Part shown: positions 17,543-19,797 of the stretch, piece by piece | How positions within the stretch are numbered: position 1 is the first letter of the stretch | How the letters are laid out: each line of letters opens with the position of its first letter | From: Fidelibacterota bacterium | Lineage (GTDB): Bacteria > Fidelibacterota > Marinisomatia > Marinisomatales > UBA2128 | Assembly: GCA_046861645.1 (NCBI GenBank) | Contig: JBHHUM010000037.1 | Span: 1 to 19,797, forward strand | Length of the DNA stretch: 19,797 nucleotides | Direction of reading: 5' to 3' | Translations under genes and position numbers: made by a program | The notes under the pieces: generated by a model | What the model was told of the DNA's origin: nothing | The model's database searches: none | What the model saw: the letters and a program-made list of their open reading frames with translations, nothing else

Positions 17543-18601
17543 TTATATTAAACCCTTTTCTACCATTAATTCAGCGTTAAGGATAGCTCCTCCAGCAGCA
17601 CCTCGGATAGTATTATGGGATAAGACCGAAAACTTATAATCCAAAAGGGAACAGGGCCGCAGCCTACCTACACTCACCACCATCCCTCCTTCCAGATCCC
17701 GATGGAGTTTGGGTTGTGGAAACATATCTTCACTAAAATATTGAAGGGGTCTCTCTGGTGCTGAAGGAAGTCTCAATTCTTGAGGATCCCCAACGAATTT
17801 GTTCCAAACTTGCACGATGTCTTCTTTTGCAACCTCCCTACCCAACTTCACAGAAACAGACTCCAGATGCCCGTCACTTACCGGTACCCTATTACACTGA
17901 GCGCTTATGGCTACGCATGCCGGTTCTACTGTACTACCATTCAGTTGACCTAAAATCTTCAGCGGTTCCGTCTCCATCTTTTCTTCTTCTCCGGAAATGA
18001 ACGGAATCACATTGTCCATGTGGACAGGTTCAGATACACCAGCGTATCCTGCTCCCGACAATGCCTGCATGGTAACGACATTAACCGCTTCCAGCCCGAA
18101 TGCATCCAGAAGGGGCTTCAGCGCCATCACCATTCCAATAGTAGAGCAATTAGGATTCGTCACAATCATCCCTCCGTCGAATGATTGACGTTTAACCAAG
18201 TTGAGATGGTCAGCATTGATCTCCGGTACAAGTAAAGGAACATCAGGATCCATACGGTGATTTCTTGAATTGGAAATAACGACATAGCCGGCTTGGGCAA
18301 ACTCTGCCTCCACTTCCCCCGCCACTGAAGAATCGAGGCCGGAGAAGACGATCCTGCACGGCAGATCAGGCACACACTCCTGTACAACCATCTCCGCTTG
18401 AACGGGGGGAAGCTGTACTGTCTGAAACCAGTTGACTACCTCCCGATACCGCTTTCCCGCAGAGCGTTCCGAAGCTGCCAGAGCTGTAATCTCGAACCAC
18501 GGATGGTCAGCCAATAATTCGACGAATTTCTGACCGACGCTGCCAGTGGCACCCAAAATCCCTACCGGAATCCATTGTTTGAATCTCTGTTTTACCTTCA
18601 T
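17543..18601 (-). CDS. asd: Aspartate-semialdehyde dehydrogenase, archaeal/eukaryotic-type
   Basis: GILGATGSVGQKF..LL..HPWFE, ASERSAGKRY, NPNCST (catalytic Cys), QALSGAG, EEEKME.E, RVPV.DGH, HNTIRGAAG. Confidence 0.95.
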   Translation of the reverse strand: MKVKQRFKQWIPVGILGATGSVGQKFVELLADHPWFEITALAASERSAGKRYREVVNWFQTVQLPPVQAEMVVQECVPDLPCRIVFSGLDSSVAGEVEAEFAQAGYVVISNSRNHRMDPDVPLLVPEINADHLNLVKRQSFDGGMIVTNPNCSTIGMVMALKPLLDAFGLEAVNVVTMQALSGAGYAGVSEPVHMDNVIPFISGEEEKMETEPLKILGQLNGSTVEPACVAISAQCNRVPVSDGHLESVSVKLGREVAKEDIVQVWNKFVGDPQELRLPSAPERPLQYFSEDMFPQPKLHRDLEGGMVVSVGRLRPCSLLDYKFSVLSHNTIRGAAGGAILNAELMVEKGLI

Positions 18602-18642
18602 CTCTTCACTCTCTTTTTATGTCCGCCAAATTCTTTGAAATG

Positions 18643-18678
18643 AAAAACCCCCCACTGTATTGTCTCCAGTGGAGGGTT
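18643..18678 (-). terminator. Intrinsic attenuator terminator upstream of asd
   Basis: Minus-strand RNA AACCCUCCACUG-(GAGACAAUA)-CAGUGGGGGGUU followed by UUUCAUUUC, ending ~40 nt before the asd ATG. Confidence 0.85.
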
Positions 18679-18703
18679 CTTAGAATTAGTATTAGCTTTT
18701 AAG

Positions 18704-18811
18704 CTACATACTTCCCCCCGCACCAATTGTCATAGTCATGGTGCCGACCAAGTTCATTGTCATACCTGTGGAGGGCATGGTAATTGTACTCATTTCAGAT
18801 TTCATTCTCAT
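18704..18811 (-). CDS. Attenuator leader peptide MRMKSEMSTITMPSTGMTMNLVGTMTMTIGAGGSM (35 aa; 9 Met, 7 Thr, 2 Ile)
   Basis: Manual translation ATG 18811 to TAG 18704, directly upstream of the terminator and asd; thrL-like composition and ...TIGAG end. Internal ATGs make the exact start uncertain. Confidence 0.82.
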   Translation of the reverse strand: MRMKSEMSTITMPSTGMTMNLVGTMTMTIGAGGSM

Positions 18812-18822
18812 AATTGGCTACG

Positions 18823-18851
18823 AATTTATATGGTGAAGAGATCGGAGACAA
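18823..18851 (-). promoter_or_regulatory. Candidate promoter of the asd leader
   Basis: Minus strand TTGTCT (18851-18846) - 17 nt - TAAATT (18828-18823), 11 nt before the leader ATG. Confidence 0.55.
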
Positions 18852-18922
18852 ACATTTTCTGGCCTTCATACTATATGAAGCTGACAGACAAACACCCGCC
18901 GTTTGTCCCAAAGATTTAGATT

Positions 18923-19222
18923 TTACTTATCTTCACCATTTCTTTCCCGCTTTAACAATTTATAAGTTTCCTTATAGATTGTTTTAAGCGGACCGATAGT
19001 AATAACCTCAACATTACCAGTATCAGATAAACGATAGATAATCCGAATCTTACTGACACAATAACTGAGAAATCCTTCAAGTTCTCCTCTAAGAAATTTT
19101 CCAGAGTGAGGATTTTTAAGAATTTCGCTAAGAGCGGTTCTAATTCTCTTCTTAATAAACCGATGCAACTTTCGAATCAAATTCGATTGATCATCAGTCA
19201 GATATAATCGGGGCAAAACCAA
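18923..19222 (-). CDS. RelE/ParE-family type II toxin (start uncertain, possibly degenerate)
   Basis: Basic 99-aa ORF with KKRIR.AL.EIL.NP.SGK.LRGELEG..SY.V.KIRIIYR, directly downstream of a Phd antitoxin. Confidence 0.8.
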   Translation of the reverse strand: MVLPRLYLTDDQSNLIRKLHRFIKKRIRTALSEILKNPHSGKFLRGELEGFLSYCVSKIRIIYRLSDTGNVEVITIGPLKTIYKETYKLLKRERNGEDK

Positions 19223-19229
19223 ATCTCAG

Positions 19230-19490
19230 TTAATCATCAAATAATTCTTCCAACGTATAAAGCTCAGATTTCTTCTTAATTTCCTTCAAACCGTTTCGTA
19301 TCTCATTCATTAAGTCATCATCTGATATTACCCGTTGGGTCTCCTTCCAGGATTCATATTCATCTACATCAATTATTGCTGCTGCGGGCCTTCCGTTTTT
19401 TGTTACTATGATTTCTTCATTCAAAGATGTGACCTCATCAACAATCTGACTGAGCTTCATTTTCACTTCGGAGAGAGGTAGTGTTTTCAT
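19230..19490 (-). CDS. Phd/YefM-family type II antitoxin
   Basis: MKTLPLSEVKMKLSQIVDEV....EEIIVTKNGRPAAAII..DEYESWKET is a typical Phd N-terminus; acidic C-terminus. Confidence 0.92.
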   Translation of the reverse strand: MKTLPLSEVKMKLSQIVDEVTSLNEEIIVTKNGRPAAAIIDVDEYESWKETQRVISDDDLMNEIRNGLKEIKKKSELYTLEELFDD

Positions 19491-19517
19491 AATTCTGACC
19501 TTTATTTTAGTTGACTA

Positions 19518-19535
19518 TAATTTAGGTCTAAATTA
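19518..19535. promoter_or_regulatory. Probable toxin-antitoxin autorepression operator
   Basis: Perfect inverted repeat TAATTTAG-GT-CTAAATTA ~30 nt upstream of the antitoxin ATG; a smaller palindrome TAGT-TG-ACTA is adjacent (19508-19517). Confidence 0.55.
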
Positions 19536-19797
19536 CAAGTTGTCCCATAATTATCCTTTCAAGTAATGGTTTCTTGATAGCCAAGTCATAACAAATTTAT
19601 ACATATCAAGATAAGAACTTACCCCAGTTCCCTCAATATTTTCCACAGCACTATGGAGAATCCTTGATCAAAACTTGGATAATCACCAGAAAATATGTAG
19701 ATTTTCCTTGTTAAAATTTAGTCATGCAGTTTATAAGGTCATGAAAAGAATCTCATTACTTATGTTGGTGTACTAAATCTATAAAAAAGAAACCTGC

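Noticed and set aside
3626..18387. Many 60-140 aa alternative-frame or antisense ORFs inside trp/aro/asd genes
   Set aside because: They overlap well-conserved enzyme genes and show no recognisable motifs.
19741..19776. MKRISLLMLVY mini-ORF, whose start resembles thrL or a signal peptide
   Set aside because: 11 codons, no Thr run, downstream context lies outside the window.
1..19797. CRISPR array, tRNA/rRNA, IS element or integrase
   Set aside because: No regularly spaced repeats, cloverleaf or rRNA signatures, transposase or recombinase motifs seen by eye.

Overview
Bacterial chromosomal window, possibly FCB-superphylum such as Marinimicrobia (inference only). It is dominated by a ~14.4 kb single-strand aromatic amino acid supra-operon: trpE-trpG-(37 aa sORF)-trpD-trpC-trpF-trpB-trpA-prephenate dehydratase-tyrA-aroF-aroA-aroE-aroC-aroK-aroB-aroQ, covering all 7 shikimate steps, all Trp steps and the Phe/Tyr branches. 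An unannotated 24-aa leader peptide precedes it, with a Phe-Ser-Tyr-Tyr-Trp-Tyr-Phe control run, an antiterminator and an intrinsic terminator, i.e. a predicted attenuator sensing all three aromatic amino acids. Directly upstream lies a three-gene unit: CADD-family self-sacrificing pABA synthase, a GNAT acetyltransferase and a monofunctional chorismate mutase. Convergent with the operon is an archaeal/eukaryotic-type asd behind a second unannotated attenuator with a 35-aa Met/Thr/Ile-rich leader. The left end holds the 5' part of a minus-strand secreted beta-propeller sensor gene missing from the ORF track; the right end holds a Phd/YefM-RelE toxin-antitoxin pair. All calls come from reading the sequence and recalled family motifs; no searches or folding programs were run.
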